Assembly (NCBI GenBank): GCA_035275465.1
Contig: DATEMS010000047.1
Span: 12,960 to 76,959 of the forward strand
Origin: Rhizomicrobium sp.
GTDB lineage: Bacteria > Pseudomonadota > Alphaproteobacteria > Micropepsales > Micropepsaceae
DNA length: 64,000 nt
Reading direction: 5' to 3'
How positions within the stretch are numbered: position 1 is the first letter of the stretch; every line of letters starts with the position of its first letter. The notes under the pieces are model-generated. The model was not told the origin of the DNA, searched no databases, and worked only from the letters and a program-made list of their open reading frames with translations. This document shows, piece after piece, positions 1 to 8,824 of this stretch. The translations under genes and the position numbers were made by a program.

Positions 1-144
1 TGGGAGCGCGGTATCAAGAGCCTTTATTACTGCCGCTCCAAATCCATCAGCCGCGCCGGTTTTGCCGGCCAGTTGGAGAAGAAAGAAAAGGGCGTCACTT
101 CTGCGCCTCGCACCGACTATGAAGAGTGTCTCGCATGTCAGTGA
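1..144 (+). CDS. nrdA: Ribonucleotide reductase alpha subunit, 3' end only (truncated by window edge)
   Basis: Frame 1 reads WERGIKSLYYCRSKSISRAG...TDYEECLACQ*: KSLYY motif and C-terminal CxxC redox pair of class I RNR alpha. It abuts nrdB. Confidence 0.93.
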   Translation, partial: WERGIKSLYYCRSKSISRAGFAGQLEKKEKGVTSAPRTDYEECLACQ

Positions 145-1226
145 AGAATCTGGGATCGGTCGATCCGCGCACACTCATCGGCAAAGGCACGGTCGGCCTT
201 CTGAATGCCACCGGCACCTATGACATCACCCGCTATCCCTGGGCCTATGACTGCTGGAAGCGCCAGCAGCAGACCCACTGGATGGGCGAGGAAGTGCCGC
301 TGGGCTCCGACATTCGCGACTGGCAGTCGGGCCACCTAACGGCAGCCGAAAAAAGCCTGCTGACCCAGATTTTCCGCTTCTTCACCCAGTCGGACGTGGA
401 AGTGGGCGACAATTATCTCAAGCGCTACATCCCCATCTTCCAGCCGCTGGAAGTGCAGATGATGATGGCCGCCTTCACCAATATGGAGACGGTGCATATC
501 GACGCTTATGCGCTGCTGCTCAAGACGCTGGGCATGCCGCAGACCGAATTCGAGGCTTTCCGCGATTATCGCGAGATGAAGGCCAAGGCCGACTACATGC
601 ACACCTTCGGGGTGGGGACCTGCGCCGACGTGGCGCGCACGCTTGCTATGTTCGGCGCCTTCACCGAAGGCATGTCGCTGTTCGCCAGCTTCGCCATGCT
701 GATGAACTTCCCCCGTTTCAACAAGATGAACGGCATGGGCCAGATCGTCTCCTGGTCGGTGCGCGACGAAAGCCTGCACTGCGAAGGCATCACCAAGCTC
801 TATCACGCCTGGGCCGATGAGACGGGCTGCGTCACCAAGCAGGTGCGCGACGATATCCGCGACGTCGCCCATACCATGGTCGGGCTGGAAGAAGGCTTTG
901 TCGATCTGGCCTTTAGCCTGGGCGAGGTTCAGGGCATGACCGCCAAGGAAATCAAATCCTATGTCCGTTATATCGCGGACTGGCGACTGACCCAGCTGAG
1001 GCTGGAGCCGGTGTTCGGCAATTTCGAAGCCACAGAGAGCGGTTATCGTCAGCTCAAGGCGCATCCCTTGCCCTGGCTGGTGGAAATCCTCAATGGCGTA
1101 GAGCACGCCAACTTCTTCGAGCAGCGTGCCACCGAATATTCCAAGGGCGCCTCGCGCGGGTCTTGGGACGGCGAGCAGGGCGTTTGGTCCACCTTCGACA
1201 AGCGCAACCAAATCGCGGCTGAGTAG
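135..1226 (+). CDS. nrdB: Ribonucleotide reductase beta (R2) subunit, class I
   Basis: Ferritin-like ligands present: FFTQSD, ETVHIDAY (ExxH plus radical Tyr), FTEG, RDESLH; C-terminal NFFEQRATEY. Start could be 126, 135 or GTG 141 overlapping the nrdA stop. Confidence 0.96.
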   Translation: MSVKNLGSVDPRTLIGKGTVGLLNATGTYDITRYPWAYDCWKRQQQTHWMGEEVPLGSDIRDWQSGHLTAAEKSLLTQIFRFFTQSDVEVGDNYLKRYIPIFQPLEVQMMMAAFTNMETVHIDAYALLLKTLGMPQTEFEAFRDYREMKAKADYMHTFGVGTCADVARTLAMFGAFTEGMSLFASFAMLMNFPRFNKMNGMGQIVSWSVRDESLHCEGITKLYHAWADETGCVTKQVRDDIRDVAHTMVGLEEGFVDLAFSLGEVQGMTAKEIKSYVRYIADWRLTQLRLEPVFGNFEATESGYRQLKAHPLPWLVEILNGVEHANFFEQRATEYSKGASRGSWDGEQGVWSTFDKRNQIAAE

Positions 1227-1254
1227 TTCTGTTCTTCCTCTAGGGAGACGCGCG

Positions 1255-2010
1255 ATGGCATGGCTTGATCCCTTTCCTTTGGGACTTATCGCCTTCGCGA
1301 TCTTGCTGGCTTTGCTTGCCGCCGCGGAAGCTGGCTATCACGGCCATCGCTGGCTGCTCAAACGGCGGGGTGAGGGCGGCGGCGATAGTCACGACCACCT
1401 CCTGACCGCGATCCTGGGTCTGCTGGCGTTGTTGATGGGCTTCACTTTTTCACTGGCCTTGAACCGCTATGAGGCGCGGCGCGAATTGGTGGTGCAGGAG
1501 GCCAATGCCTTGGGCACGACCTGGCTAAGAGCGCAGTTGGCGGAGCCGGCGCACAAGGTGGAGATCAGCGGCTTGCTGCGTGACTATCTCAACGTCCGCC
1601 TGGCCTGGTCGGAGGCCGCCACCCCGCAAGTGGACGCGCGGACGGATGAGCTGCAGCGGAAATTATGGGCCGCGACCGGGCAAGTGGTGCGCACCGACTC
1701 GCAACTGTCGCGCCCCCTGATAGACGCGATGAATCAGAGTTTCGATCTGGCCGCGACACGTGCCGCGATGCGCTCCGCTCACGTGCCGGACCGGGTGCTG
1801 GATGTTTTGTTGCTTTATGCTCTGTTGTCGGCGGCGATGCTGGGCTATGCCTCGGCGGCCAAGGGCAAGCCGCAGCGCATCGCCACCAGCGCGGTCATGC
1901 TGTTATTGACGCTTGCCATGGTGATGATCCTGGATATCGACCGCCCGCGCAGCGGCGCCATCCAGGTTTCCCAACAGCCTTTGGAAGAACTCAAGCAATC
2001 CTGGCGATAA
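1255..2010 (+). CDS. Membrane protein, DUF4239/bestrophin-like
   Basis: Four hydrophobic segments; LLMGFTFSLALNRYEARRELVVQEANALGT and LDIDRPRSGAI patterns; GGGAG SD before ATG 1255. Confidence 0.7.
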   Translation: MAWLDPFPLGLIAFAILLALLAAAEAGYHGHRWLLKRRGEGGGDSHDHLLTAILGLLALLMGFTFSLALNRYEARRELVVQEANALGTTWLRAQLAEPAHKVEISGLLRDYLNVRLAWSEAATPQVDARTDELQRKLWAATGQVVRTDSQLSRPLIDAMNQSFDLAATRAAMRSAHVPDRVLDVLLLYALLSAAMLGYASAAKGKPQRIATSAVMLLLTLAMVMILDIDRPRSGAIQVSQQPLEELKQSWR

Positions 2011-2083
2011 GGGGCGTCCTGCCGTTAAAGCACCGTCACCGGCAGAATAAAGAAAATCCTCATCCGGGGCTTGGGGGCGGTGG

Positions 2084-2653
2084 CTATTCCGGCGCGCTCA
2101 CGTCATTGCCGCTGTGCGCGAACGTTACCGGCTTGAAGTCCCAGCCTTTCATGATGCGCAGGACCGTCTCCAGTTCGTCCTTGATGGCATTGCGCCGGAT
2201 GGCATTCAGCATCTGCTCATTGTTGAGGAACACGGACGTCGGGTCGCGGCCGCGCGGGCCCGGCAGGGAGAGGAACATGGGTACTGAATTCATGATGCCG
2301 GTCCGGAGAAAATCCTGGAACCATTTCTGCCGCACGATCCGGTTGGGATTGCCCACCAGCATCAGCCCTATGCCGATGCGTAGCTTGAATTGCTCCGGAA
2401 TGCCTTCGGTCTCGACCATGGGCATCACGCCCGATTTGTCGGGCCGCCAGCTTTCGTCGAAAATCGCTTGCGTGCGCCAGGCGCAATAAAAACTGCGGCA
2501 GACCGGCGGGCGGGTGTCATAAATGGCGCAGCCGCCGCCCAGGCAATGCTTACAGGCCACACAGGACTGTTTCTGCATTTCGGGCTGGTCGATCTTTGGC
2601 GTCACGCAACAGACGGTGCAGCCGCCGCATTCCCGCCCTTCGATCAATTTCAT
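2084..2653 (-). CDS. YkgJ-family cysteine-cluster (CxxCxxCC) protein
   Basis: ECGGCTVCC...CKHCLGGGCAIYDTRPPVCRSFYCAW; starts 13 nt after the MBL-rhodanese stop. Confidence 0.8.
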   Translation of the reverse strand: MKLIEGRECGGCTVCCVTPKIDQPEMQKQSCVACKHCLGGGCAIYDTRPPVCRSFYCAWRTQAIFDESWRPDKSGVMPMVETEGIPEQFKLRIGIGLMLVGNPNRIVRQKWFQDFLRTGIMNSVPMFLSLPGPRGRDPTSVFLNNEQMLNAIRRNAIKDELETVLRIMKGWDFKPVTFAHSGNDVSAPE

Positions 2654-2666
2654 GGCGTCCGCGTCC

Positions 2667-3698
2667 TCAAAATGTGCTGAGTGGCAAGCCGCTTTCGCGC
2701 CACGCCTTGATGCCGCCGTCCAGGGCGGCGGCATGGACGTAACCCAGTTCGCGCAAGGTGGCGGCGGCCAGGGTGGAAATATGCCCGAACTCGCACGCCA
2801 CCAGAATGCGGCGGGTGGGATCAGGCAGTTCCTTGTTCACCCGCAATTCCAGTTGTCCGCGCGGCAGATGCTGGGCCCCGGGAATATGACCTGACGCAAA
2901 GGCCTCCTTTTCCCGCACATCCAACAGAATAAGCCCCAGATCGTTGCGGCCCACACGCTCCGCCAATTCGGCCATGGAGACAAAGGGGATGTGGGCGGAA
3001 GCCTCCGACAAAAGCTGCGCCACCGTCTTGCCGCCGCTCATATTGGTGCGCAGCGCCTCGGTCAGATGGGTGGGGGCGTCCAGATTGAGCTGCCGCATCA
3101 TGGCGATGAAGTCGGCGCGCTCGCGCTTTTGCAGCCGCGGATTGGAAACGATCTCCTCGCCGATGCTGGAATGGCTGCGGCCCTTATAGTCGTGCGCCGG
3201 ATAGACCAGCAAAGCCGGGTCTTGTTTCAACAGCCGGTCAAACAGGCTGTCATACAATTGATCGGGGTCGCCGGTGGGAAGATCGGTGCGCCCGGTGCCG
3301 CCGATCAGCAACGTGTCGCCGGTGAAGATACGGTCTTCCGCCACAATGCACATGCTGTCGCGGGTATGGCCGGGCGTGTGCAGCGCGCGCAGCCGCATAG
3401 CGCCCACCCGCAGGATCTCGCCATCGTCCAGCCGGAAATCGGCATAAGGCGCGGGCGAGAGTTTGCTGGCCACCACCGGCACGCCCAGCGTCTTGCCCAA
3501 TTCCTTGGCCGCCGAGAAATGATCGGCATGGGTGTGGGTGTCCAGCACATAGCGGATGCGCACCCCGTCCTTGGCGGCGAAACCCAGATAGCGGTCCATC
3601 TGCGCGATATTGGGATCGATCAGGATGGCGGAGCGCGCTTCCTCGCAGCCCAGCAGATAGGATTGGCAGCCGCCGGTGGCGATCTGTTCGAAAATCAT
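2667..3698 (-). CDS. MBL-fold persulfide dioxygenase (ETHE1-like) fused to a rhodanese domain
   Basis: DTHTHADH, HTPGHT, TGRTDL and PAHDYKG motifs; C-terminal LLDVRE...GHIPGA...ACEFGHIS rhodanese with active Cys. Confidence 0.85.
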   Translation of the reverse strand: MIFEQIATGGCQSYLLGCEEARSAILIDPNIAQMDRYLGFAAKDGVRIRYVLDTHTHADHFSAAKELGKTLGVPVVASKLSPAPYADFRLDDGEILRVGAMRLRALHTPGHTRDSMCIVAEDRIFTGDTLLIGGTGRTDLPTGDPDQLYDSLFDRLLKQDPALLVYPAHDYKGRSHSSIGEEIVSNPRLQKRERADFIAMMRQLNLDAPTHLTEALRTNMSGGKTVAQLLSEASAHIPFVSMAELAERVGRNDLGLILLDVREKEAFASGHIPGAQHLPRGQLELRVNKELPDPTRRILVACEFGHISTLAAATLRELGYVHAAALDGGIKAWRESGLPLSTF

Positions 3699-3732
3699 CG
3701 CATGCCCCAACAAAATCCGCGCGGACTATAGC

Positions 3733-3999
3733 CTATCGGTTTCGCAGCGCCGCCCGGAATTTCTTGTCATTCTTCAGCACGAACTCCCGCCGCATGGCGC
3801 CTTTGCGGGTGCGGTGCTTTTCGGCATAGACCAGGGTCCAGACCCGGCCGCGGGTGGTTTTGGCGCCGACGCGTTTTGGGCCGACTCGCGTATCATTGTG
3901 CTGGGCCAGCCGCCGCTCCAGGTCCAGGGTCCAGCCCACATAGGTCAGGACCCGTCCCCGGGGTGTTTTTGCGGCCAGGACATAGACAAAAGAGGGCAT
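3733..3999 (-). CDS. Small GIY-YIG nuclease family protein (UPF0213-like)
   Basis: FVYVL...TYVGWTLDLERRLAQHN...GAKTTRGR...AMRREFVLK; 88 aa. Confidence 0.85.
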   Translation of the reverse strand: MPSFVYVLAAKTPRGRVLTYVGWTLDLERRLAQHNDTRVGPKRVGAKTTRGRVWTLVYAEKHRTRKGAMRREFVLKNDKKFRAALRNR

Positions 4000-4039
4000 G
4001 GCGTTTCGCGTGGTTCGCCTGATTATAACAAGAAATATC

Positions 4040-5464
4040 ATGAGACGGGCGCCGGCGCTTTTGACGGCCCTGTTGCTCACGGCTTGCGTGGACGCCCCGC
4101 CCACCACGCCGCAAGTGGCGGCGCTGGACCAGAACGATCTGGGCTTGACCGGCGCGGCCGCGCCCCAGGCGCCGCAGCAATGGTGGAAGGCGTTCCAGGA
4201 CCCGCAAGTGGACCGGCTGGCGGGTCTGGTGATGGCGGACAATCCCACCCTGGCGGCGGCGATGGCGCGGCTGAGGGCGGCACAAGCGGAATGGACGGTG
4301 AGCCGCGCGCAAAATCTGCCGCGCCTGGATTTGGACGCCAGCCAGCAGCGCACTTTGTTCAGCCAAAATTCCATCATCCCCCCGCCCTATGGCGGCAGCT
4401 ATCAATGGTTCGGAAATATCACCGCCGCCATGAACTGGAATCTGGATTTCTGGGGCCGCCAAGCGGCGCTGATCGAGAAAGCGCGCCACACCGCGCAAGC
4501 CGCGGCGCTGGACGCGGAGGGCGCGCATCTGGCGCTGTCGGGGGCCTTTGCCCAGGCCTATGTCAATCTGTTTCTCAATTATCAATATGGCGATATCGCC
4601 GATGCCACCGTCGCCCAGCGCGAAGAAATCGTGAAAATCACCCAGGGCCGCCTGAATGCCGGTTTGGAGAATGCCAGCGCGCTGGAGCAGGCCAAGGCGC
4701 TTTTGTCCATCGCCAAGGCCGATCAATTGCGCTTCGCCGCGGCGCGCGAAATGGATTTGCATGCCATCGCGGCCCTGGCGGGGCGGGGCGGGGACCTGTA
4801 TCAGACCATCACCCGTCCCCATCCCAATCTGAACGCCGCGCTGCCTTTGCCGCGGCAACTGCCCGCCGATCTTCTGGCGCGGCGGCCTGACATTCTGGCC
4901 GCCAAGGCGCGGGTGCTGGCGGCGATGGAGGGGCGCGCAGCGGCACAGGCCGATTTTTATCCCGACATCAATCTGGCGGCGGTGGCGGGATTTCAGGCCA
5001 TCGGGTTTTCCAATCTGCTGCGTGGCGACTCCCTCACCTTGGGGGTGGGGCCCGCGCTGCATCTGCCGATTTTCGACGCCGGAAAATTGCGCGCGCAGTA
5101 TGCTCGCGCCACCGCCGATCTGGATCTGGCGGTCGCCGACTACAACGCCGCCGTGCTGGCGGCCATCAAGCAGGTGGCCGATGCCATGACTCAGGTTGCC
5201 AGCCAGGAAGCCCAGCGCGTGCAACAGCAGGATGCGGTGGAGAGCGCCCAGCGCGCCTTCCGCATCGCCGAGGACCGCTATCGCGGCGGCTTGCAGACCC
5301 AGCTTCCCATGCTAACGGCCGAGGCGACCTTGCTGCAGGCGCGCCAGGCGCTGGCCTCGGTGGTGGCGGGCGCCGCCCAGCAACGCATCGCCTTGATGCT
5401 GATGGTGGGCGGCGGCTTTGACCCTTCGGCGCACTACGGCGAATTGCGCCAATCGCTGCCGTAG
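4040..5464 (+). CDS. Outer-membrane efflux lipoprotein, NodT/OprM (TolC) family
   Basis: Lipobox LLLTAC; WNLDFWG, LLARRPDI, FYPDINL and LPIFDAG motifs. Confidence 0.9.
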   Translation: MRRAPALLTALLLTACVDAPPTTPQVAALDQNDLGLTGAAAPQAPQQWWKAFQDPQVDRLAGLVMADNPTLAAAMARLRAAQAEWTVSRAQNLPRLDLDASQQRTLFSQNSIIPPPYGGSYQWFGNITAAMNWNLDFWGRQAALIEKARHTAQAAALDAEGAHLALSGAFAQAYVNLFLNYQYGDIADATVAQREEIVKITQGRLNAGLENASALEQAKALLSIAKADQLRFAAAREMDLHAIAALAGRGGDLYQTITRPHPNLNAALPLPRQLPADLLARRPDILAAKARVLAAMEGRAAAQADFYPDINLAAVAGFQAIGFSNLLRGDSLTLGVGPALHLPIFDAGKLRAQYARATADLDLAVADYNAAVLAAIKQVADAMTQVASQEAQRVQQQDAVESAQRAFRIAEDRYRGGLQTQLPMLTAEATLLQARQALASVVAGAAQQRIALMLMVGGGFDPSAHYGELRQSLP

Positions 5465-5527
5465 CATCACGCATCGTCAAGCCTGCCCGGGTTTGACACG
5501 GCGAATCATGCGCGCAAATAGTGAGGC

Positions 5528-6538
5528 ATGATTCGCGAATCACTGATTCGGCGTCTGCCCGACATCGCCTGCGTTATTCTGTTCGGCGCCGGCTTGGCTC
5601 TGTGCGGCGATGCGGCCTTGGCGGGTTTGCCCAAATTCATGGATGCGGTCGTCCCCGGCATGGCGGCGCAAGCCGGGGTGAGCGGCGGCCCGAGCCAGGA
5701 CACCGCCCATTTCGCCCTGTCGGAAGGTTTTGCGCCAAGCCGCCATGCGCCGCAGGTGCTGTATCCCCTGACGGCCCAGCCCATGCCGGACTGGCTGGTG
5801 GATGCCATCCAGGTCCAAAAGGTTGGCGTGGCGCCGGCCTTGCGGGGACAAAGACCGGTGATCGCCATCTGCATTGACGATCTGGGCGAGGATATCGCCG
5901 GCACCGACAAAGCGATGGCCCTGCCCAAGGACGTGGCGCTGTCGTTTTTGCCTTATGCCGAGTCCACGTCCTTTCTGGCGCAAGCCGCCAGCCGCAAGGG
6001 ACATCTGATCCTGGCGCATGTGCCGATGCAGGCCTTGGGACCCAGCAATCCGGGACCCATGGCGCTCAAGACCGGGATGGCGGGGGATGAGATCGCGCGC
6101 ATCCTGGGCTGGAACCTGGCGCGGGTGCAGGGACTTGTCGGCATCAACAATCATGAAGGCAGCCGCTTTACCGCCGACGCGGCGGCGCTGGCGCCGGTGA
6201 TGGCCACGCTGAAGGCGCGGCGTCTGTTCTTTTTCGATTCCCGCACCGGTCCCACCAGCGCGGTGGGGAGAACCGCGCGCGCGCAAGGCGTGATGACGGC
6301 CGAGCGCGATATTTTCCTGGATGACGATCCGGGGCCCGCCGCCGTCGCCGCCCAGCTTGAGATGCTGGCGCGCATGGCCAAACGCAACGGCGTGGCCATC
6401 GCCATCGGGCACCCCAAGGATGCCACGCTCAGATTGCTGAAAGCATGGCTGGCCCAGGATCATGGCGTGACCCTGGTGCCGCTGGATGTGGCGATAAGGA
6501 TGAAGGCGGAGCGCGCGACGGTGGTTGCGGTGCGTTAG
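5528..6538 (+). CDS. Divergent polysaccharide deacetylase (YibQ/DUF610 family)
   Basis: IAICIDDLG, HVPMQ, GINNHEGS, FFDSRT, RDIFLD and AIGHP motifs; N-terminal membrane anchor. Confidence 0.88.
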   Translation: MIRESLIRRLPDIACVILFGAGLALCGDAALAGLPKFMDAVVPGMAAQAGVSGGPSQDTAHFALSEGFAPSRHAPQVLYPLTAQPMPDWLVDAIQVQKVGVAPALRGQRPVIAICIDDLGEDIAGTDKAMALPKDVALSFLPYAESTSFLAQAASRKGHLILAHVPMQALGPSNPGPMALKTGMAGDEIARILGWNLARVQGLVGINNHEGSRFTADAAALAPVMATLKARRLFFFDSRTGPTSAVGRTARAQGVMTAERDIFLDDDPGPAAVAAQLEMLARMAKRNGVAIAIGHPKDATLRLLKAWLAQDHGVTLVPLDVAIRMKAERATVVAVR

Positions 6539-6686
6539 TTGAGCGGCATGCGGTTGGCGTAGAAACTTGTCAGATTGACCGTCACCGGGGGATCGTAATT
6601 ACTCAGCGCGATCAGGACTACGCCAGCAAATAAATCTACTCTGACCCAATTCTTTGCGGCATTTCTTGCCGCGCCAAAGGGAGGCC

Positions 6687-8261
6687 ATGATGCGGCTAAA
6701 GGGCGTTATTTTTGCTGTGCTTACACTGTTCTCATGCCCTGCCGCCGCGGAAATCGCGTTAACCGACAGCGGTTGGGTGGAAGGCGTCACATCCGAAGGT
6801 GTGACGGTCTATAAAGGCGTTCCGTTCGCCGCGCCGCCAACGGGGGCTTTGCGCTGGCGTCCGCCCCAAGCTGCGGCCGCATGGCGCGGCGTGCGCAAAG
6901 CCGAGACTTTCGCTCCGGCCTGCATGCAGACGGGCGTGTCGATGCCCGGCGAAACACCGCCCGTCATAAGTGAAGACTGTCTTTATTTGAATATCTGGAA
7001 ACCCGCCGATACCAAGGACAAGAAGTTGGCGGTTCTGGTCAAAATCTATGGCGGCGCCTTTTCCAGCGGTTCGGCTTCGATGCCGCTCTATTGGGGCGAT
7101 AAGCTGGCGGGTAAGGGCGTTATCGTCGTCACCTTCGGCTACCGCGTCGGGCCATTTGGCTTCCTTGCACATCCGGAACTCACAAAGGAATCGCCAAACC
7201 ATTCGTCGGGAAATTATGGTCTGCTGGATCAGATCGCTGCGCTGCAATGGGTCAAGCGGAATATAGGGTCCTTTGGAGGAGATGCCGCGCGCGTAACGAT
7301 TGTGGGTCAGTCGGCGGGCGCAAACGCGGTCAGCATGCTTATGGTATCGCCGCGCGCCAAGGGGCTTTTTCAGCGGGCGATAGGGGAGAGCGGCGGTCTG
7401 TTCGAGCCGTTGCAGCTGGGTCCTCAATATTATCTGGCGAACGCCGAGAAGGAAGGCATCGCTTATGCAACGTCCTTGGGCGCGCGCTCACTCGCAGAAT
7501 TGCGTGCCCTTCCGGCGAGTGCACTTTTGCGCGGCAAGGCGGCCACAATTTCGCATGCCGTAATTGAGCCCTTTGTGCTGCCGCTTTCACCCTATGATGT
7601 ATTTGCGGCGGGCGCGCAGAACGATGTGCCGATACTGGTTGGCTCCAATGCCAACGAAGCCGGCTCAATGATAGCCCACCTCGATAGTGTCAAGGCAAGT
7701 TCGTTTGAAACCGATATAGAAAAGCAATTTGGCCGCCTTCCTTCGGAATTGCCGGCGGCTTACCCGCACGCCACGGACCAGCAAGCCCGCGAGGCGCGGC
7801 TCGGATTTGAGCGCGATCTGCGCTTCGGCTGGGATATGTGGGCCTGGGCGCGGCTAGGGGCACTCAAGGGGCGTAGCAATGTCTATTACTATCACTTCAC
7901 GAAAAATCCTCCTTTTCCGCAAGGGTCTGTCTATCAGAATTGGGGAGCGAGCCATTTTGCCGAGCTCTGGTACGTGTTTGACCATCTGGATCAGGAGCAA
8001 TGGAATTGGACGGCTGCCGATCGCAATCTGGCTAATGCAATGTCAAGCTATTGGGTGAATTTCGCCAATGGCGGTGACCCGAATGGTCCTGGTCTTCCGC
8101 ATTGGCCCGCCTTCAAAGGGGGCGACACGAATGTTCAGTATCTAGGCGAAACAATTTCCACCGGCGGTGTTCCGAATCTGCGCGCCTTGGAAATTTTCGA
8201 TAAGGTTTATGATGGGTTGCGTGGCGCGCCATTCGGACAGAAGTCGGCTCCGGGACCCTGA
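6687..8261 (+). CDS. Secreted type-B carboxylesterase/lipase (alpha/beta hydrolase)
   Basis: Signal peptide; GVPFAAPP, EDCLYLNIW, nucleophile GQSAG, GSNANE, ASHFAEL; SD GGGAGG. Confidence 0.9.
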   Translation: MMRLKGVIFAVLTLFSCPAAAEIALTDSGWVEGVTSEGVTVYKGVPFAAPPTGALRWRPPQAAAAWRGVRKAETFAPACMQTGVSMPGETPPVISEDCLYLNIWKPADTKDKKLAVLVKIYGGAFSSGSASMPLYWGDKLAGKGVIVVTFGYRVGPFGFLAHPELTKESPNHSSGNYGLLDQIAALQWVKRNIGSFGGDAARVTIVGQSAGANAVSMLMVSPRAKGLFQRAIGESGGLFEPLQLGPQYYLANAEKEGIAYATSLGARSLAELRALPASALLRGKAATISHAVIEPFVLPLSPYDVFAAGAQNDVPILVGSNANEAGSMIAHLDSVKASSFETDIEKQFGRLPSELPAAYPHATDQQAREARLGFERDLRFGWDMWAWARLGALKGRSNVYYYHFTKNPPFPQGSVYQNWGASHFAELWYVFDHLDQEQWNWTAADRNLANAMSSYWVNFANGGDPNGPGLPHWPAFKGGDTNVQYLGETISTGGVPNLRALEIFDKVYDGLRGAPFGQKSAPGP

Positions 8262-8312
8262 ACGGTGGAATGGAGAAAAAGAGCTACTGTCCCTTCTGGG
8301 CGGCGGAGGCGG

Positions 8313-8339
8313 AGCGCACCGCGCAATTCGCGGTGCGCT
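8313..8339. terminator. 11-bp hairpin between convergent esterase and GNAT genes
   Basis: AGCGCACCGCG-caatt-CGCGGTGCGCT perfect inverted repeat; no long U tract. Confidence 0.5.
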
Positions 8340-8802
8340 AAAGCAGCTTTTCCATCCGGTAATTGCCCAAGGCCTGGCCGTTGGTCTGCACTGTCTGATA
8401 GGCCAGCACCTTGAAGCCATGGCGCTCGAACACCGGGCGCGCGGTGATGCTGACTTCGCTATAGAGCCGCTTGACCCGTTCGCTCTGCGCCCGGGCGGTG
8501 ATGAAGCGCAGCATGGCGCTGCCCACGCCGCGCCGCTGAAAGTCCGGGCTGACATAGAACATGTCGATATGGCCTTCGCTGTCCAGATCGGTGAAGCCCG
8601 CCATCTGCCCGTCATATTCCGCGACAAAGGTCGGTTTGTCGCCGCGGCGGGCGGCGAATGCCGCCATATCGTCGATGTCCGGCGCCCAGGCCGCGATCTG
8701 CGCCGGCGAATAATCCCGGCGCGCGATCTGGCGCACCGCGCGGATGAAAATCTGCGCCAGCGTTTCGCAGTCGCACTCTTGGTAATCGCGGATGGTGATC
8801 AT
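8338..8802 (-). CDS. GNAT family N-acetyltransferase (YafP-like)
   Basis: MFYVSPDFQRRGVGSAML acetyl-CoA motif; SEVSITARPVFERHGF. Confidence 0.88.
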   Translation of the reverse strand: MITIRDYQECDCETLAQIFIRAVRQIARRDYSPAQIAAWAPDIDDMAAFAARRGDKPTFVAEYDGQMAGFTDLDSEGHIDMFYVSPDFQRRGVGSAMLRFITARAQSERVKRLYSEVSITARPVFERHGFKVLAYQTVQTNGQALGNYRMEKLL

Positions 8803-8824
8803 GGGCCCTTCTTGGCGGTGCTGA

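Noticed and set aside
135-1226. Possible metal-free (class Ie) or Mn/Fe variant of NrdB
   Set aside because: All canonical carboxylate/His ligands and the radical Tyr are present; it is an ordinary class I beta subunit.
3861-3895. Short tandem duplication RVGPK/RVGAK in the GIY-YIG protein
   Set aside because: A five-residue imperfect loop duplication with no evident significance.
6656-6672. GCGGC-N7-GCCGC as a RegA/RegR box upstream of the esterase
   Set aside because: Short GC-rich palindrome expected by chance at this GC content.
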